A stretch of DNA of 63,675 bases, filler included. It is 5 parts of 5 records of this genome, joined end to end, with 100 filler letters (N's around TTAATTAATTAA, not from the genome) between each part and the next. Parts side by side here need not be neighbours in the genome. Positions count along the whole stretch, not along the records: positions 1 to 30,201 come from SRR20825010_550; 4 more parts are not named here. One strand, 5' to 3'. The position numbers were made by a program, and so were the translations under genes. Below are positions 1 to 11,640 of this stretch, piece by piece; within the stretch, counting starts at the first letter, position 1; every line of letters starts with the position of its first letter. The notes beneath the pieces were generated by a model. It searched no databases, was not told where the DNA came from, and saw nothing but the letters and a program-made list of their open reading frames with translations.

Positions 1-86
1 GGAGAGGAAGGGATTCGAACCCTCGATACCGTTGCCAGTATACTCCCTTAGCAGGGGAGCGCTTTCGACCACTCAGCCACCTCTCC
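1..86 (-). tRNA. tRNA-Ser(GCT), 3' end (discriminator/CCA) cut by the window edge
   Basis: Reverse complement reads GGAGAGGTGGCTGAGTGGTCGAAAGCG-CTCCC-CT-GCT-AA-GGGAG, then a long variable arm, GGTTCGAATCC and CCTCTCC. Acceptor stem GGAGAGG/CCTCTCC. Confidence 0.96.
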
Positions 87-93
87 GCCGCCG

Positions 94-152
94 TGAATAG
101 CGAAGCGGCCCCTTTGAGTCAACGACACATTCTCACTGCGATAAAAAAAATT
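94..152 (-). promoter_or_regulatory. Putative sigma70 promoter of tRNA-Ser
   Basis: Minus strand TTGACT (122-117), 17-nt spacer, TATTCA (99-94), with an A/T tract upstream. Confidence 0.55.
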
Positions 153-279
153 TACGCGCCCCGGTTTAGGCCAAAGAATTTAACCGCAAGAAAAGCACGG
201 CCGCACATTGCATTAGCGCCGTATTTGTGCAGGAATTGCCAAAAGCAATCGAGACAAAACCTGCACGGGAGGGGACACA

Positions 280-1611
280 ATGACACTCAGAAGCCTATCT
301 ACAGCTGTAGCCATGATGCTAGCCGTACCAATGGCTACACCAATGACCGCCGGGGCCGCTGACCTCAAGGGCGATATCGCCGCTGATTATGATTACCTGC
401 ATGAGCTATTTGTGGATTTCCACAAAAACCCGGAGCTTTCCTTCCGCGAAACCCGCACAGCTGCCAAAATCACTGATGAGCTGAAATCGCTCGGGTTTGA
501 TGTCACTACAGGTGTGGCGGGCACGGGCCTTGTTGCCAAGATGAAAAACGGTGATGGCCCGCTGGTTATGGTGCGCGCCGATATGGACGGCCTGCCGATT
601 AAAGAAAACACGGACCTTGAGTATCAGTCCACCGTCACTCAGGTAGATATGAACGGCAATGAAATGCCCGTGATGCATGCCTGTGGCCATGACGTACACA
701 TCACAAGCCTGATTGGCACCGCGCGGCGCCTCGTGGCAATGAAAGACAATTGGTCTGGTACCCTGATGCTCGTTGGCCAACCAGCCGAAGAAGTAATCTC
801 CGGAGCGAAGGCGATGATCAACGACGACATATACAAACGCTTTGGGACGCCGGATTATGCACTGGCGCTGCACGTGGCTTCCAACGTGCCTGCGGGCAAG
901 GTAGTTTATAAAAGCGGGATCATGTTCTCGTCATCAGACAGTGTGTACATCACCGTGCACGGTGTTGGCACCCACGGCGCATCGCCCCATCAAGGCAAAG
1001 ACCCGATTGTGATTGGCGCGCAGATCGTCAACGCGCTTCAAACGCTTGTCTCGCGCGAGATTTCGCCGCTTGACCCAGGCGTGGTGACAGTGGGCACTTT
1101 CCACGCTGGCACCAAAAACAACATTATTTCAGACGAAGCCAAACTGACGCTGACCGTGCGCTCCAACGACGAAGAGGTGCGCCAGAAGCTGCTTGCGGGC
1201 ATCAAGCGTATTGCAGAAAACACCGGTCGTGTCGCGGGCTTGCCGGAGGACATGTTGCCAACCGTTGAGCTTTCAGTGACAAGCGCGCCCGCTACAGTAA
1301 ATGACGAGGAACTCACTGCCCGCCTGGACAAGGTGCTCAAGGAGAAACTGGGTGAAGACCGCCTTCTGCCTTATGTGCAACGCGGTATGGGCGCAGAGGA
1401 TTTCTCCGAATTCACCATGACGGACGAAGACGTGCCCGGCTTCTATTTCTATGTGGGGGGTACATTAGAGGAATGGATGGACGCGGCAAAAGATGGCGGC
1501 CCTGCAGTTGCCGGTCACCACTCCCCCTTCTTCAAAATCGCGCCAGAACCCGCAATCAAGTCAGGCGTTGAAGCCATGACCATTGCGGTTATGGACCTGA
1601 TGAGCAAATAG
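280..1611 (+). CDS. M20D-family amidohydrolase/peptidase with N-terminal signal peptide
   Basis: Motifs [32 protein letters not shown] and HHSP. Hydrophobic leader ending AGA; GGAGGGG RBS. Confidence 0.9.
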   Translation: MTLRSLSTAVAMMLAVPMATPMTAGAADLKGDIAADYDYLHELFVDFHKNPELSFRETRTAAKITDELKSLGFDVTTGVAGTGLVAKMKNGDGPLVMVRADMDGLPIKENTDLEYQSTVTQVDMNGNEMPVMHACGHDVHITSLIGTARRLVAMKDNWSGTLMLVGQPAEEVISGAKAMINDDIYKRFGTPDYALALHVASNVPAGKVVYKSGIMFSSSDSVYITVHGVGTHGASPHQGKDPIVIGAQIVNALQTLVSREISPLDPGVVTVGTFHAGTKNNIISDEAKLTLTVRSNDEEVRQKLLAGIKRIAENTGRVAGLPEDMLPTVELSVTSAPATVNDEELTARLDKVLKEKLGEDRLLPYVQRGMGAEDFSEFTMTDEDVPGFYFYVGGTLEEWMDAAKDGGPAVAGHHSPFFKIAPEPAIKSGVEAMTIAVMDLMSK

Positions 1612-1621
1612 GAAAACCCTG

Positions 1622-2035
1622 ATGGTGCAGCCCTTTCATCTTGCCGTACCGGTAGACGACCTCGCCGCCGCGCGGGCGTTTTATGGCGGCTTGATGGGCT
1701 GCGCTGAAGGCCGATCAACTGACAAGTGGATCGATTTCAACTTCTTCGGCCATCAATTTGTGGTGCACCTTGGCACACCGGTGGGCCAGCCAGACACCAA
1801 CGACGTGGACGGCGAAGCTGTGCCCAGCTTTCACTATGGTGTGGTGCTGGAATGGGAGGCGTGGCATGATCTGGCAACGCGCCTCGCCGCCGCGGAGGTT
1901 GAATTTGTCATCGAGCCCGGCATTCGCTTTGAAGGTGACGTGGGGGAACAGGCAACCATGTTTTTCCTTGACCCCGCAGGCAACGCCCTTGAGTTCAAGG
2001 CATTCAAAGACCCAAGCCAGCTTTTCGCAAAGTGA
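1622..2035 (+). CDS. VOC/glyoxalase-family protein
   Basis: [25 protein letters not shown] and [13 protein letters not shown] motifs. Confidence 0.88.
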   Translation: MVQPFHLAVPVDDLAAARAFYGGLMGCAEGRSTDKWIDFNFFGHQFVVHLGTPVGQPDTNDVDGEAVPSFHYGVVLEWEAWHDLATRLAAAEVEFVIEPGIRFEGDVGEQATMFFLDPAGNALEFKAFKDPSQLFAK

Positions 2036-2499
2036 ACCAGAGCATGAAAACCAAAAGTCGCGACAACCCCTACCGTATATTCCCGCCCCACCTGATGATC
2101 CTTGCAGGCATTGCGATGCACATTGTCGGAAGGCTGGAAACCGGGCAGTCGCTCGCTCATTTTTATGGCCTGCCACTGTGCCTGTTCGCGCTTTGGCTAG
2201 CGTTTCGCGAGAAGAACCGTTTCATTGCCTCTGGCACGACCTTTTTCCCCGGTGAAGAATCCCACAAGTTGATCACCGAGGGGGCATACCGCTACACGCG
2301 CAACCCCATGTATCTGGCAATGGCCCTGTTTCTAGTCGGGCTTTGGCCCCTCACCGGTGGCTGGTGGCCGCTTGCGCCGCTCATCGTCTTCATCGCGCTT
2401 ATCCAGCACTATTTCATCCGCCGCGAAGAACGTATGCTCACCAATACCTTTGGTGATGAGTATATTACTTATAAAGTGCGCGTCAGGCGTTGGCTCTAA
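2032..2499 (+). CDS. Isoprenylcysteine carboxyl/phospholipid methyltransferase-family membrane protein
   Basis: [15 protein letters not shown] and EERML...FGDEY..YK.RVRRWL motifs with several TM segments. GTGA overlap with the upstream gene; alternative ATG at 2044. Confidence 0.85.
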   Translation: MNQSMKTKSRDNPYRIFPPHLMILAGIAMHIVGRLETGQSLAHFYGLPLCLFALWLAFREKNRFIASGTTFFPGEESHKLITEGAYRYTRNPMYLAMALFLVGLWPLTGGWWPLAPLIVFIALIQHYFIRREERMLTNTFGDEYITYKVRVRRWL

Positions 2500-3298
2500 G
2501 CCGCGCTTCTGCGGGTTTCCACGCCAGCATTGCCTCCATCATTGCCCTGATGGGGGCTGCCACCTTGGCGGCGCGTTCTTCCCGATAGCTGAACGGAAAG
2601 CTCTCATCCATATAGGTGATTTGCGATAGCTCAAGCTGGATCGCGTGCACATGCTTTGCCGGATCGCCGTATACCCGCGTGATATAACCACCCTTGAAAC
2701 GACCGTTCAGCACACTGGTATAGGCATGTGCCTCACCCGCTGCCTCCAGTACGGAGCGCGCAAGCACCTCATCGCACGAAGCACCCTCGTTGGTGCCCAG
2801 ATTGAAGTCAGGCAACCGGCCTTCAAAAAACCGTGGTACGTGGGAGCGGATAGAATGTGCATCCCACAACAGCGCGTAGCCGTGCTCTGCCTTCACCCGT
2901 TCGATCTCCGCCTTCAAAGCGTTATGATACGGGTACCAATAGGTTTCCGTGCGGTCCCGCACCTCAGCCGCATGAGGTTTCTCACCGTCCTGATAGATGG
3001 CTTCTTCAGCAAAAGTTGTGGTTGGGCACAGCTCGGTCACGTTCTGGCCCGGGTAAAGGCTTTTGCCGGATGGGTCACGGTTGAGGTCAATCACATAGCG
3101 GGAATGCTGCGCCGCAATCACAGTCGCGCCAATATCTGCCAGAAAGCTGTATAGCTTGGGCAAATGCCAATCCGTATCGGCGATCTCAAGCGCTTCAGCT
3201 GTCATGCGCTCTGCATAAGGGCCAAGGGCTTCACCGCTGTGGGGCATGGAAACGATGAGGGGACTATGCCCCCTCACAAGGTGGAAAACGTCACTCAA
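2483..3298 (-). CDS. hutG: N-formylglutamate deformylase/amidohydrolase
   Basis: [35 protein letters not shown] and AIQLE motifs. TTGA overlap with the hutH stop. Confidence 0.92.
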   Translation of the reverse strand: MSDVFHLVRGHSPLIVSMPHSGEALGPYAERMTAEALEIADTDWHLPKLYSFLADIGATVIAAQHSRYVIDLNRDPSGKSLYPGQNVTELCPTTTFAEEAIYQDGEKPHAAEVRDRTETYWYPYHNALKAEIERVKAEHGYALLWDAHSIRSHVPRFFEGRLPDFNLGTNEGASCDEVLARSVLEAAGEAHAYTSVLNGRFKGGYITRVYGDPAKHVHAIQLELSQITYMDESFPFSYREERAAKVAAPIRAMMEAMLAWKPAEARLRANA

Positions 3299-4848
3299 AA
3301 TACTTTGCTCCCGAGGTGGGTCGAAGGTAGCAGCGTTTCCACAAACCGGTTGAGGGAGCCCGCCGCCACCAGACGACGCACGGCTTCAATATCCGGTGCA
3401 AAATAACGGTCTTCTTCGTAAAAATCCACCATTTCCCGAATGAGCCCATGAACCTCCTCAAGGGCCGCGCTGGATTTCAGCGGCCTATGGAAATCAACCC
3501 CTTGAGCCGCCGAGAGAAGTTCAATTGCAATCACGGTACCAGCGTTTTCCGCCATATCATGAAGCCTGCGTGCCGCGAAGGTCGCCATGGAGACATGATC
3601 CTCCTGCCCCGCTGATGTGGGGATCGAATCGACACTTGCCGGGTGCGCGTAGGTTTTGTTTTCACTCACCAGCGCAGCCGTTGTTACCTGCGCGATCATG
3701 AAGCCTGAATTAAGCCCGCCGTCTTTCACCAGAAACGCAGGCAAGCCAGACATCTTGGGGTCCACAAGCAGCGCTGTGCGCCGCTCGGAGATTGAGCCAA
3801 CTTCACAGGCCACCAGCGCCAGCATATCCGCCGCCATGGCAACTGGTTCCGCGTGGAAGTTACCACCCGAAAGGATATCACCTTCATCGGGGAAAATAAG
3901 CGGGTTATCAGTCACCGCGTTTGCTTCCGTCAGCAATGTTTCCGCCGCCTGCCGCATCACGCCAAGCGCCGCACCCATCACCTGCGGCTGGCACCTTAGG
4001 CTGTAGGGGTCCTGCACCTTCTCGCACTCGTCATGGCTATGGCGAATTTCAGAACCTTCAAGCAGCGCACGGTACATGGCTGCGGTATCAATCTGCCCCT
4101 TTTGGCGCCGCACCGCATGAATGCGCGCATCGAACGGCACATCGCTACCTTTCATGGCATCTACCGACATAGCCCCAGCAATCATGGCTGAGGCGAACAC
4201 ATTCTCGATCTCAAACAGGCCGGAAAGCGCGAGCGCGGTTGAAACCTGTGTGCCATTGAGAAGCGCCAGGCCTTCCTTGGCTTCAAGCGCCATGGGCTCA
4301 AGCCCGATGAGCTTCAGCCCCTCAACGGCGCTCAGTGTTTTGCCGTTATGGCTCACTTCACCGTAGCCGAGCAGGATGGACGAAAGATGCGCGAGCGGCG
4401 CCAGGTCACCAGACGCCCCAACCGAACCCTTGGCAGGTATCACCGGGTAAACCTCCGCCGCCAACAGCTTGAGGAGCACATCAATCACCTTTGGGCGAAT
4501 ACCGGAATGCCCTTGCGCAAGCGACGTGGCCTTAAGCGCCAGCACAAGCCGCACAACACCATCCTTCAGCGGGGCACCTGTGCCGGTTGCATGGCTCAGC
4601 ACCAGATTTTCCTGCAGTTTTTCAACATCTGCGGATTTGATGCGCGTATTGGCCATAAGGCCAAAACCGGTGTTGATGCCGTAAGCTGTGTCGCCCCGCG
4701 CGATAAGGTCGGTTACCGTTTTGCGGGCTTCCTCGATCCGCGCGCGGTCAGATCCGTCAAGCGTCAGCTCGGTTGGTTGTTCATAAATGTGCCTCAGGTC
4801 TTTAAGGCTCAGGTTGCCCGCTTTGCGGACCATTTGATGCTTACTCAT
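3295..4848 (-). CDS. hutH: Histidine ammonia-lyase
   Basis: [20 protein letters not shown] (MIO Ala-Ser-Gly), QDPYSLRC and GGNFH. Start placed at ATG 4848, after the hutU stop. Confidence 0.96.
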   Translation of the reverse strand: MSKHQMVRKAGNLSLKDLRHIYEQPTELTLDGSDRARIEEARKTVTDLIARGDTAYGINTGFGLMANTRIKSADVEKLQENLVLSHATGTGAPLKDGVVRLVLALKATSLAQGHSGIRPKVIDVLLKLLAAEVYPVIPAKGSVGASGDLAPLAHLSSILLGYGEVSHNGKTLSAVEGLKLIGLEPMALEAKEGLALLNGTQVSTALALSGLFEIENVFASAMIAGAMSVDAMKGSDVPFDARIHAVRRQKGQIDTAAMYRALLEGSEIRHSHDECEKVQDPYSLRCQPQVMGAALGVMRQAAETLLTEANAVTDNPLIFPDEGDILSGGNFHAEPVAMAADMLALVACEVGSISERRTALLVDPKMSGLPAFLVKDGGLNSGFMIAQVTTAALVSENKTYAHPASVDSIPTSAGQEDHVSMATFAARRLHDMAENAGTVIAIELLSAAQGVDFHRPLKSSAALEEVHGLIREMVDFYEEDRYFAPDIEAVRRLVAAGSLNRFVETLLPSTHLGSKVF

Positions 4849-4864
4849 AAACGTCCCTACTCTC

Positions 4865-6523
4865 TTAACGGGCCAACATTGGCAGGTTGAGGCCTTTATC
4901 CCGCGCGCAGTCCTGCGCAATTTCATATCCCGCATCCGCATGGCGCATCACGCCGGTTGCAGGGTCATTCCAAAGCACACGGCCAACACGTTTGGCGGCT
5001 TCGTCTGTACCGTCACACAGGATCACCACGCCGGAGTGCTGGCTATAGCCCATGCCGACACCGCCGCCATGATGCAGGCTCACCCAGGTGGCACCCGACG
5101 CCGTGTTCAGAAGCGCATTCAGAAGCGGCCAGTCTGATACGGCGTCCGAGCCGTCCATCATCGATTCCGTTTCCCGGTTCGGGCTCGCGACCGAGCCGCT
5201 GTCCAGATGGTCACGGCCAATCACCACAGGGGCTTTCAGCTCACCGTTTTTGACCATCTCGTTGAACGCAAGGCCAAGACGGTGCCTGTCCCCAAGACCG
5301 ACCCAGCAAATGCGGGCAGGCAAACCCTGAAACTGGATACGCTCCCGCGCCATATCAAGCCAGTTATGCAGGTGTGGGTTATCGGGGATAAGCTCCTTCA
5401 CCTTCTGGTCGGTTTTATAGATATCTTCCGGATCGCCTGAGAGCGCTGCCCAGCGGAACGGCCCAACACCGCGGCAGAAGAGCGGGCGGATGTAGGCTGG
5501 CACAAAACCGGGGAAGTCGAACGCGTTTTTCACGCCTTCATCAAATGCTACCTGCCGGATGTTGTTGCCGTAATCAACCGTAGGCACGCCCATGGCGTGA
5601 TAGGCCAGCATGGCTTCAACATGTCTGGCCATGGAAGGTTTGGACGCTGCCGCAACCGCGCCTGGATCTTTCTCTCGCTTCGTGAACCATTCATCAACGC
5701 TCCAGCCAATCGGCAGGTAACCGTTTACCGGGTCGTGGGCAGAGGTCTGGTCGGTCAGCGCGTCTGGCTTGATGCCTTTTTCAACCATCTGCGGCAATAT
5801 CTCTGCCGCGTTGCCAAGCACCCCGACGGAAACGGCTTTGCCGCTCGCGTGCGCGCGTTCAATAATCTTAAGTGCTTCTTCAACCGTATCGGCACGCTCG
5901 TCCAGATAGCCGGTTTTCAGCCGGTATTCGATGCGGCTTTCCTGGCACTCAATCGCCATGCAGCTTGCGCCCGCCATCGTAGCCGCCAGCGGCTGTGCGC
6001 CGCCCATGCCGCCAAGGCCTGCTGTCAAAATCCACTTGCCTGCAAGGCTGCCACCAAAATGCTGGCGCCCCATTTCAACAAATGTCTCATAAGTGCCCTG
6101 CACAATGCCCTGGCTGCCGATATAGATCCATGAGCCAGCCGTCATCTGGCCGTACATCATCAGGCCTTTTTTGTCTAACTCGCCGAAATGCTCCCAGTTG
6201 GCCCACGCAGGCACCAGGTTTGAGTTAGCGATCAGAACACGCGGCGCATCACTGTGGGTTTTAAACACCCCAACCGGCTTGCCGGATTGCACCAGAAGCG
6301 TTTCATCCTCTTCCATGCTTTTGAGCGTGGAAACGATCTTCTCATAACACTCCCAATTGCGCGCCGCGCGGCCGATACCGCCATAAACCACCAGTTCCTC
6401 AGGGTTCTCAGCCACCATGGGGTCCAGGTTGTTCATCAGCATGCGCATCGGCGCTTCTGTTGCCCAGCTTTTGCAATTCAGCTCGGCACCGTGCGGCGCG
6501 TGGATATCAGGGCGGTTTTTCAT
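4865..6523 (-). CDS. hutU: Urocanate hydratase
   Basis: [31 protein letters not shown] and SLHHGGGVG motifs; 552 aa. Confidence 0.97.
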   Translation of the reverse strand: MKNRPDIHAPHGAELNCKSWATEAPMRMLMNNLDPMVAENPEELVVYGGIGRAARNWECYEKIVSTLKSMEEDETLLVQSGKPVGVFKTHSDAPRVLIANSNLVPAWANWEHFGELDKKGLMMYGQMTAGSWIYIGSQGIVQGTYETFVEMGRQHFGGSLAGKWILTAGLGGMGGAQPLAATMAGASCMAIECQESRIEYRLKTGYLDERADTVEEALKIIERAHASGKAVSVGVLGNAAEILPQMVEKGIKPDALTDQTSAHDPVNGYLPIGWSVDEWFTKREKDPGAVAAASKPSMARHVEAMLAYHAMGVPTVDYGNNIRQVAFDEGVKNAFDFPGFVPAYIRPLFCRGVGPFRWAALSGDPEDIYKTDQKVKELIPDNPHLHNWLDMARERIQFQGLPARICWVGLGDRHRLGLAFNEMVKNGELKAPVVIGRDHLDSGSVASPNRETESMMDGSDAVSDWPLLNALLNTASGATWVSLHHGGGVGMGYSQHSGVVILCDGTDEAAKRVGRVLWNDPATGVMRHADAGYEIAQDCARDKGLNLPMLAR

Positions 6524-6551
6524 CTTCGTTTTCCCTCTAACTCAAAGGTTT

Positions 6552-7283
6552 TTATGTGTTGTTCGCGGCGCCAACCGGCGAAAAACGCGCGGTCAGCTCA
6601 TAACGATCGCCGGGGTAGAGAAGCCGCGCATAACTTGCGACCCGCTCCCCCGTCCAGGTGCGGCGGCCAATCTCAAGGCATGGGCTGCCACGATCTATCT
6701 CAAGAAGTTTCGCGTCGCGCGCGTCGGCTGCAACGGCGCGCACTACATGCTCGGCCCGCAGCAGAGGTGCCACAGCCAGCAAATAATCAGTCGGCGTAAG
6801 TTTGGTGAAATCCTGCGCCAGCAATTCTGGCGCGATGCTTGGGTTCACCCAGCGTTCTTCAAGCTCCATGGGGGTCTTGTCGCCCCGGTGCAGTACCAGC
6901 AGATAATAAGCCTGCTCACCCGCTTTGGCGCCAAACTCGGCAGCGACCTCCTTTGGCATGGCACGCGCTTCAAGGGTCAATTTATCGGCGGACCATAACT
7001 CCCCCCGCGCAGCCAATTCGTCCCGGATCGAGAGAATATCAGCCGCATGGCCCCGCATGCGCCGGTCAGCCACGAAGCTGCCCATGCCCGCGCGCCGCAA
7101 GATATGACCGTCTTCCGTCAATTCCCTCAGCGCCCGGTTCACGGTCATGCGGGAAACACCAAGCGCGCGCACAAGCTCGTTCTCGCTCGGCAACTTGTCG
7201 CCCGCCACATATGCACCGCCCTCAATGCCGTCCATAATATGGCGCTTTACCTGCTCATAACGCGGAAGGGGCATCGTCATCAC
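6552..7283 (-). CDS. hutC: Histidine utilization repressor (GntR wHTH + UTRA)
   Basis: LPSENEL...VSRMTVNRAL...GMGSFV followed by a UTRA domain; lies inside the hut operon. Confidence 0.93.
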   Translation of the reverse strand: MMTMPLPRYEQVKRHIMDGIEGGAYVAGDKLPSENELVRALGVSRMTVNRALRELTEDGHILRRAGMGSFVADRRMRGHAADILSIRDELAARGELWSADKLTLEARAMPKEVAAEFGAKAGEQAYYLLVLHRGDKTPMELEERWVNPSIAPELLAQDFTKLTPTDYLLAVAPLLRAEHVVRAVAADARDAKLLEIDRGSPCLEIGRRTWTGERVASYARLLYPGDRYELTARFSPVGAANNT

Positions 7284-8653
7284 GCGTCCCCTTCCATCTT
7301 GGCGGCAATGCTGCCCACAAGGCTGCGGTACTCAGCGAAACTTTCATCTTCCATCGCGTGTTTGCCGTCCCGGACCACCCAGTCACCTGCAACCATCACG
7401 TGGCTGATCGGGTTCGGTTGGCCCATCAGCACAAAGGCATCAACCATTTGACCGTAGGACGCGCCCGCGAACTGGCTGGCGTTGGCATTGAGCACGATCA
7501 GGTCCGCGCGCTTCCCGGCTCCTATCTCACCCACCGGTTGGCCAAGTGCCTGCGCGCCACCGAGGGCTGCGCTGCGCCACAAAAACTCACCTGTGTGGCC
7601 ATCTTCATCACCCGTAAGCACGGTGCGCGCCCGGCGCACAAGGCGTTGGCCATATTCAAGCATGCGTAATTCTTCCCGCGCATCAATGCTGATGTGGCTG
7701 TCTGAGCCAACACCGAAACGACCACCAGCCGCCACATAGTCTGTGGCCGGGAAAATACCGTCGCCAAGGTTGGCTTCCGTGGTTGGGCACAACCCCGCGA
7801 CCACGCCGCGTTCAGCCATGCCCCGCCACTCTGCTTCATTCACATGAGTTGCATGGATCAGGCACCAGCGTTCATTCACATTCTGGTCACTGAGCAACCA
7901 TTCAACCGGGCGTTTGCCGGTCGCCTTGAGGCACGCCTCAACTTCAGCAACCTGCTCCGCGATATGGATATGGATAGGAGCCTGCGGGTCTAACTCATCA
8001 ATCGCGGCAATAGCGGGAGCGAAGGCTCCTTCTGGTACGGCCCTGAGCGAATGGAAACAAAGCCCAAGCCGGTGCCGCCCTTTAAGACGCGGCGCAAGGA
8101 TACTAAGAAGCCTTGCGTAAGCCCTGTCATCGTTCAGGAACGGCTTTTGGCCTTCATTTGCGGCCTTACCGCCAAAGTCTGACGACTGGTATAAAACCGG
8201 CAAATGCGTGAGCGCGATGCCTGTCTCATCCGCTGCCGTAATCACCGCCTTGGACATCGCAAGAGCCTGATCATGGTGGCTGTTGTGCAGATAGTGAAAC
8301 TCACCCACTGCTGTATATCCAGCCTTCAGCATCTCAATATAAAGCGTTCGGGCAATTACCCCAACGGCTTCGGGTGTCATATGTTTTGCGAAATGATACA
8401 TCGCGCTGCGCCATGACCAGAAATCTGACTGCCCCGGCGTTTTATGTTCCGCGAGCCCCGCAAAAGCCCGTTGGAAAGCATGGCTGTGCAGGTTTGGCAT
8501 ACCCGGCAGCACCGGGCCATATACCTGCACGCCCCTTGGCGCTTTCACGCCGGTTTCCAGCTTCTCGATAAGACCACCAGCACCGACATGCAGACAGATG
8601 TCTGCCGCCCAGTCGCGCCCAACCAATCCTTCCGAGAAATAAAGCTTTTGCAT
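7280..8653 (-). CDS. hutF: Formimidoylglutamate deiminase
   Basis: PGMPNLHSHAFQR, FWSWR, EFHYLH, HIHIAEQ, CPTTEANLGDG and GSDS motifs. Confidence 0.95.
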   Translation of the reverse strand: MQKLYFSEGLVGRDWAADICLHVGAGGLIEKLETGVKAPRGVQVYGPVLPGMPNLHSHAFQRAFAGLAEHKTPGQSDFWSWRSAMYHFAKHMTPEAVGVIARTLYIEMLKAGYTAVGEFHYLHNSHHDQALAMSKAVITAADETGIALTHLPVLYQSSDFGGKAANEGQKPFLNDDRAYARLLSILAPRLKGRHRLGLCFHSLRAVPEGAFAPAIAAIDELDPQAPIHIHIAEQVAEVEACLKATGKRPVEWLLSDQNVNERWCLIHATHVNEAEWRGMAERGVVAGLCPTTEANLGDGIFPATDYVAAGGRFGVGSDSHISIDAREELRMLEYGQRLVRRARTVLTGDEDGHTGEFLWRSAALGGAQALGQPVGEIGAGKRADLIVLNANASQFAGASYGQMVDAFVLMGQPNPISHVMVAGDWVVRDGKHAMEDESFAEYRSLVGSIAAKMEGDA

Positions 8654-8663
8654 GATATCTCCT

Positions 8664-8681
8664 AACTTGTATATACAAGTT
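8664..8681. promoter_or_regulatory. HutC operator, perfect 18-bp palindrome AACTTGTATATACAAGTT
   Basis: Matches the TGTA-N2-TACA HutC box and lies between divergent hutF and hutI. Related partial sites TTGTACAA (8681-8688) and CTTGTATGATAAAG (8710-8723). Confidence 0.88.
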
Positions 8682-8757
8682 TGTACAAGCTGATCTTCCT
8701 GTCAAGCGGCTTGTATGATAAAGCTTGAGCCGCGCACGACTGAAGGACCGTAAACCC

Positions 8758-9957
8758 ATGTTTGACCTCATCATCCGCAACATAAACATCGCCACAATGG
8801 CTGAAGATGCAGGGCCCTATGGCACGGTGGCCGACGGCCTTATCGCCACACAAAATGGGCGACTCGCCTATGTCGGCATTGCATCTGAGTTTAAAGGTGG
8901 TAATGCACGGAAAGATATTGACGGTAATGGCATGTGGGCGCTGCCCGGCTTCCTCGATTGCCATACCCATATTGTCTATGGCGGCAACCGCGCGCGGGAG
9001 TTTGAGGAACGCCTGAACGGTGTATCCTATGAGGAAATTGCGCGCCGGGGTGGTGGTATTATCTCCACGGTAACAGCCACTCGCCAAGCCAGCGAAGAAG
9101 AACTGGCGGCCTCTGCACTAAAGCGCCTCAAGCGCCTCAAGCTTGAAGGGGTTACCACCGTTGAGGTCAAGTCTGGTTATGGCCTTACCACCGATGATGA
9201 GGTGAAAATGCTGCGCGCCGCGAAGGCTGCTGGCGATGCCGCGGGCATGGACATTCGCACCACATTCCTTGGCGCACACGCCCTGCCTCCCGAGTTTGAA
9301 AATAACGCGGACGGCTACATCGATTTGGTGTGCGATGAGATGATCCCCTTTATTACTAAGGAAAAATTGGCCGATACGGTCGACGCCTTCTGTGAAAACA
9401 TCGCCTTCACGCCAGCCCAAACCACACGGGTTTTTGAAGCAGCAAAAGCCCATGGGCTTGATGTGAAACTGCACGCAGACCAGCTATCAAACCTCTCTGG
9501 CGCGGCGCTTTCAGCCAAATTTGGCGGGCTGTCCGCCGACCACCTGGAGCATACGGACGACGCAGGCGCGCGAGCCATGGCAGAGGCCGGCACCGCCGCC
9601 GTGCTGCTGCCTGGTGCCTTTTATGTGCTCAAAGAAACCAAGCTGCCGCCGGTAGACCTGTTCCGCAAACACGGTGTGCCCATCGCGCTCGCGACCGACG
9701 CAAACCCAGGCAGTTCGCCGGTCCTATCGCTCCAGCTGATGCTGCATATGGCTTGCACCTTCTTTGGCCTGACGCCTGAGGAAGCGCTAAAGGGTATCAC
9801 ACTGAATGCCGCGAAAGCACTGGGGCTGGGTAACGATCGTGGCTCGCTCGAGGTTGGCAAACGCGCGGATATCAACCTTTTTGACATCTCCGAGCCCGCT
9901 GAGCTTGTCTATTATGTTGGTGGTGTGTTGCCATCGAAAACTATTTCGGTTTCGTAA
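8758..9957 (+). CDS. hutI: Imidazolonepropionase
   Basis: PGFLDCHTH, EVKSGYGL, FLGAH, KLHADQL, SADHLE and ATDANPG motifs. Confidence 0.95.
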   Translation: MFDLIIRNINIATMAEDAGPYGTVADGLIATQNGRLAYVGIASEFKGGNARKDIDGNGMWALPGFLDCHTHIVYGGNRAREFEERLNGVSYEEIARRGGGIISTVTATRQASEEELAASALKRLKRLKLEGVTTVEVKSGYGLTTDDEVKMLRAAKAAGDAAGMDIRTTFLGAHALPPEFENNADGYIDLVCDEMIPFITKEKLADTVDAFCENIAFTPAQTTRVFEAAKAHGLDVKLHADQLSNLSGAALSAKFGGLSADHLEHTDDAGARAMAEAGTAAVLLPGAFYVLKETKLPPVDLFRKHGVPIALATDANPGSSPVLSLQLMLHMACTFFGLTPEEALKGITLNAAKALGLGNDRGSLEVGKRADINLFDISEPAELVYYVGGVLPSKTISVS

Positions 9958-9987
9958 CGAAGTGTGCGCAATGTGAGGCATATATGT

Positions 9988-10083
9988 GGCGCAAGTGTGC
10001 GCGTTTTTGTGGCGCAATCCGGGGCGCGCCTATGGCATAAAGTGCCACACCCTCATCATCGGCGCTTGGCGCACACTTGCGCC
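9988..10083. repeat. Perfect 15-bp inverted repeat enclosing a small hairpin, between hutI and ubiD
   Basis: GGCGCAAGTGTGCGC (9988-10002) and GCGCACACTTGCGCC (10069-10083). Inner hairpin TGGCA-TAAAG-TGCCA (10033-10047). Confidence 0.8.
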
Positions 10084-10100
10084 CGCATTATAAGGCAAAC

Positions 10101-11609
10101 ATGGCATACGATTCTTTACGTGAATTTATCGACCGGCTTGAAGCCGAAGGCAGGCTCGTTCGTGTCACCGAACAGGTTTCAACCAACCTTGAGCTGACCG
10201 AAATCCAGACCCGCGTGCTGCACGCTGGTGGCCCGGCACTCTTGTTTGAAAATGTGGTGAATGAACAGGGCGAGAAGGCAGAGATGCCCGTGCTCGTAAA
10301 CCTGTTTGGCACCGTGGAGCGCGTAGCCTGGGGCATGAACCGTGAGCCGCATGAGCTTCGGGAAGTGGGTGAAACACTCGCGTTCCTCCGGCAGCCTGAG
10401 CCACCGCGCGGCATCAAGGATGCCATCAGCCTGCTGCCACTTGCCAAACAAGTGCTGTCTATGAAGCCAAAACGGGTGAAAAAAGCACCGGTGCAGGAAG
10501 TGGTGTTAACCGGCGATGATATCGACCTTGACCGCCTGCCGATCCAGACCTGCTGGCCGGGCGAGCCCGCACCGCTGATCACATGGCCGCTCGTGGTCAC
10601 CAAAGGGCCATCGGATAAAGCCGAGGATAACTATAATCTCGGCATCTACCGCATGCAGAAGCTGAACAAAAACCAGACCCTGATGCGCTGGCTCAAGCAC
10701 CGGGGTGGTGCGCAGCAATATGCCCGCTGGAAAGACAAGAACCCCGAGCCTCTGCCCGCAGCCGTCGTCATCGGCGCGGACCCGGGCACCATTCTGGCCG
10801 CCGTAACACCCGTGCCCGATACCCTGAGCGAATATCAGTTCGCCGGGCTTTTGCGCGGTAAAAAAGTACCGCTGGTGGATTGCAAGACAGTGCCCCTGCA
10901 GGTGCCTGCCACGGCAGAGATTGTGATTGAAGGCCACGTCAGCCTCACCGACTACCGCGATGAAGGGCCATACGGCGACCATACCGGCTATTATAACTCC
11001 GTTGAGCAGTTTCCGGTGTTCACCATCAGCGCCATCACCATGCGCGAGGACCCGATTTATCTGAGCACATACACTGGCCGCCCACCGGACGAGCCCGCCG
11101 TGCTGGGTGAAGCGCTCAACGAGGTATTTATCCCGCTTCTGCAGCAGCAGTTCCCGGAGATCACCGATTTCTGGTTACCGCCTGAAGGCTGCAGCTACCG
11201 CATCGCTGTTGTGAGCATGAAAAAGGCATATGCCGGCCATGCAAAACGCGTAATGCAGGGCGTTTGGTCCTTCCTGCGGCAATTTGTTTACACCAAATTT
11301 GTGATTGTAGTAGACGATGACATCAACGCTCGGGACTGGAAAGATGTCATGTGGGCGATCTCAACCCGTATGGACCCCGTACGGGATATCGTAACGGTTG
11401 AAAACACCCCCATTGACTATCTCGATTTTGCCAGTCCTAAATCCGGACTTGGGGGCAAGCTCGGACTTGATGCCACCAACAAGGTTGGCAACGAGACAAA
11501 CCGCGAATGGGGGCGTGAGATTTATATGGAGGATACGGTCATAAACCGTGTGGATGAGATTTGGGAAAAACTGGGCATTCCAGGCGAAGGCCAAAAGGTC
11601 TGGAAGTAA
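10101..11609 (+). CDS. ubiD: UbiD-family (4-hydroxy-3-polyprenylbenzoate) decarboxylase
   Basis: [35 protein letters not shown] and DYLDFASP motifs. Confidence 0.93.
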   Translation: MAYDSLREFIDRLEAEGRLVRVTEQVSTNLELTEIQTRVLHAGGPALLFENVVNEQGEKAEMPVLVNLFGTVERVAWGMNREPHELREVGETLAFLRQPEPPRGIKDAISLLPLAKQVLSMKPKRVKKAPVQEVVLTGDDIDLDRLPIQTCWPGEPAPLITWPLVVTKGPSDKAEDNYNLGIYRMQKLNKNQTLMRWLKHRGGAQQYARWKDKNPEPLPAAVVIGADPGTILAAVTPVPDTLSEYQFAGLLRGKKVPLVDCKTVPLQVPATAEIVIEGHVSLTDYRDEGPYGDHTGYYNSVEQFPVFTISAITMREDPIYLSTYTGRPPDEPAVLGEALNEVFIPLLQQQFPEITDFWLPPEGCSYRIAVVSMKKAYAGHAKRVMQGVWSFLRQFVYTKFVIVVDDDINARDWKDVMWAISTRMDPVRDIVTVENTPIDYLDFASPKSGLGGKLGLDATNKVGNETNREWGREIYMEDTVINRVDEIWEKLGIPGEGQKVWK

Positions 11610-11640
11610 AATTGCCAAGACATGACCTTTAGGGGGTGTC

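Noticed and set aside
1..90. tRNA-Ser as an att site of a genomic island
   Set aside because: The sequence beyond the tRNA 3' end is outside the window, and there is no integrase or repeated tRNA fragment here.
10066..10082. TTGGCGCACACTTGC as a sigma54 promoter for ubiD
   Set aside because: GG-to-GC spacing is 9 nt (or 11 to the next GC), not the strictly required 10.
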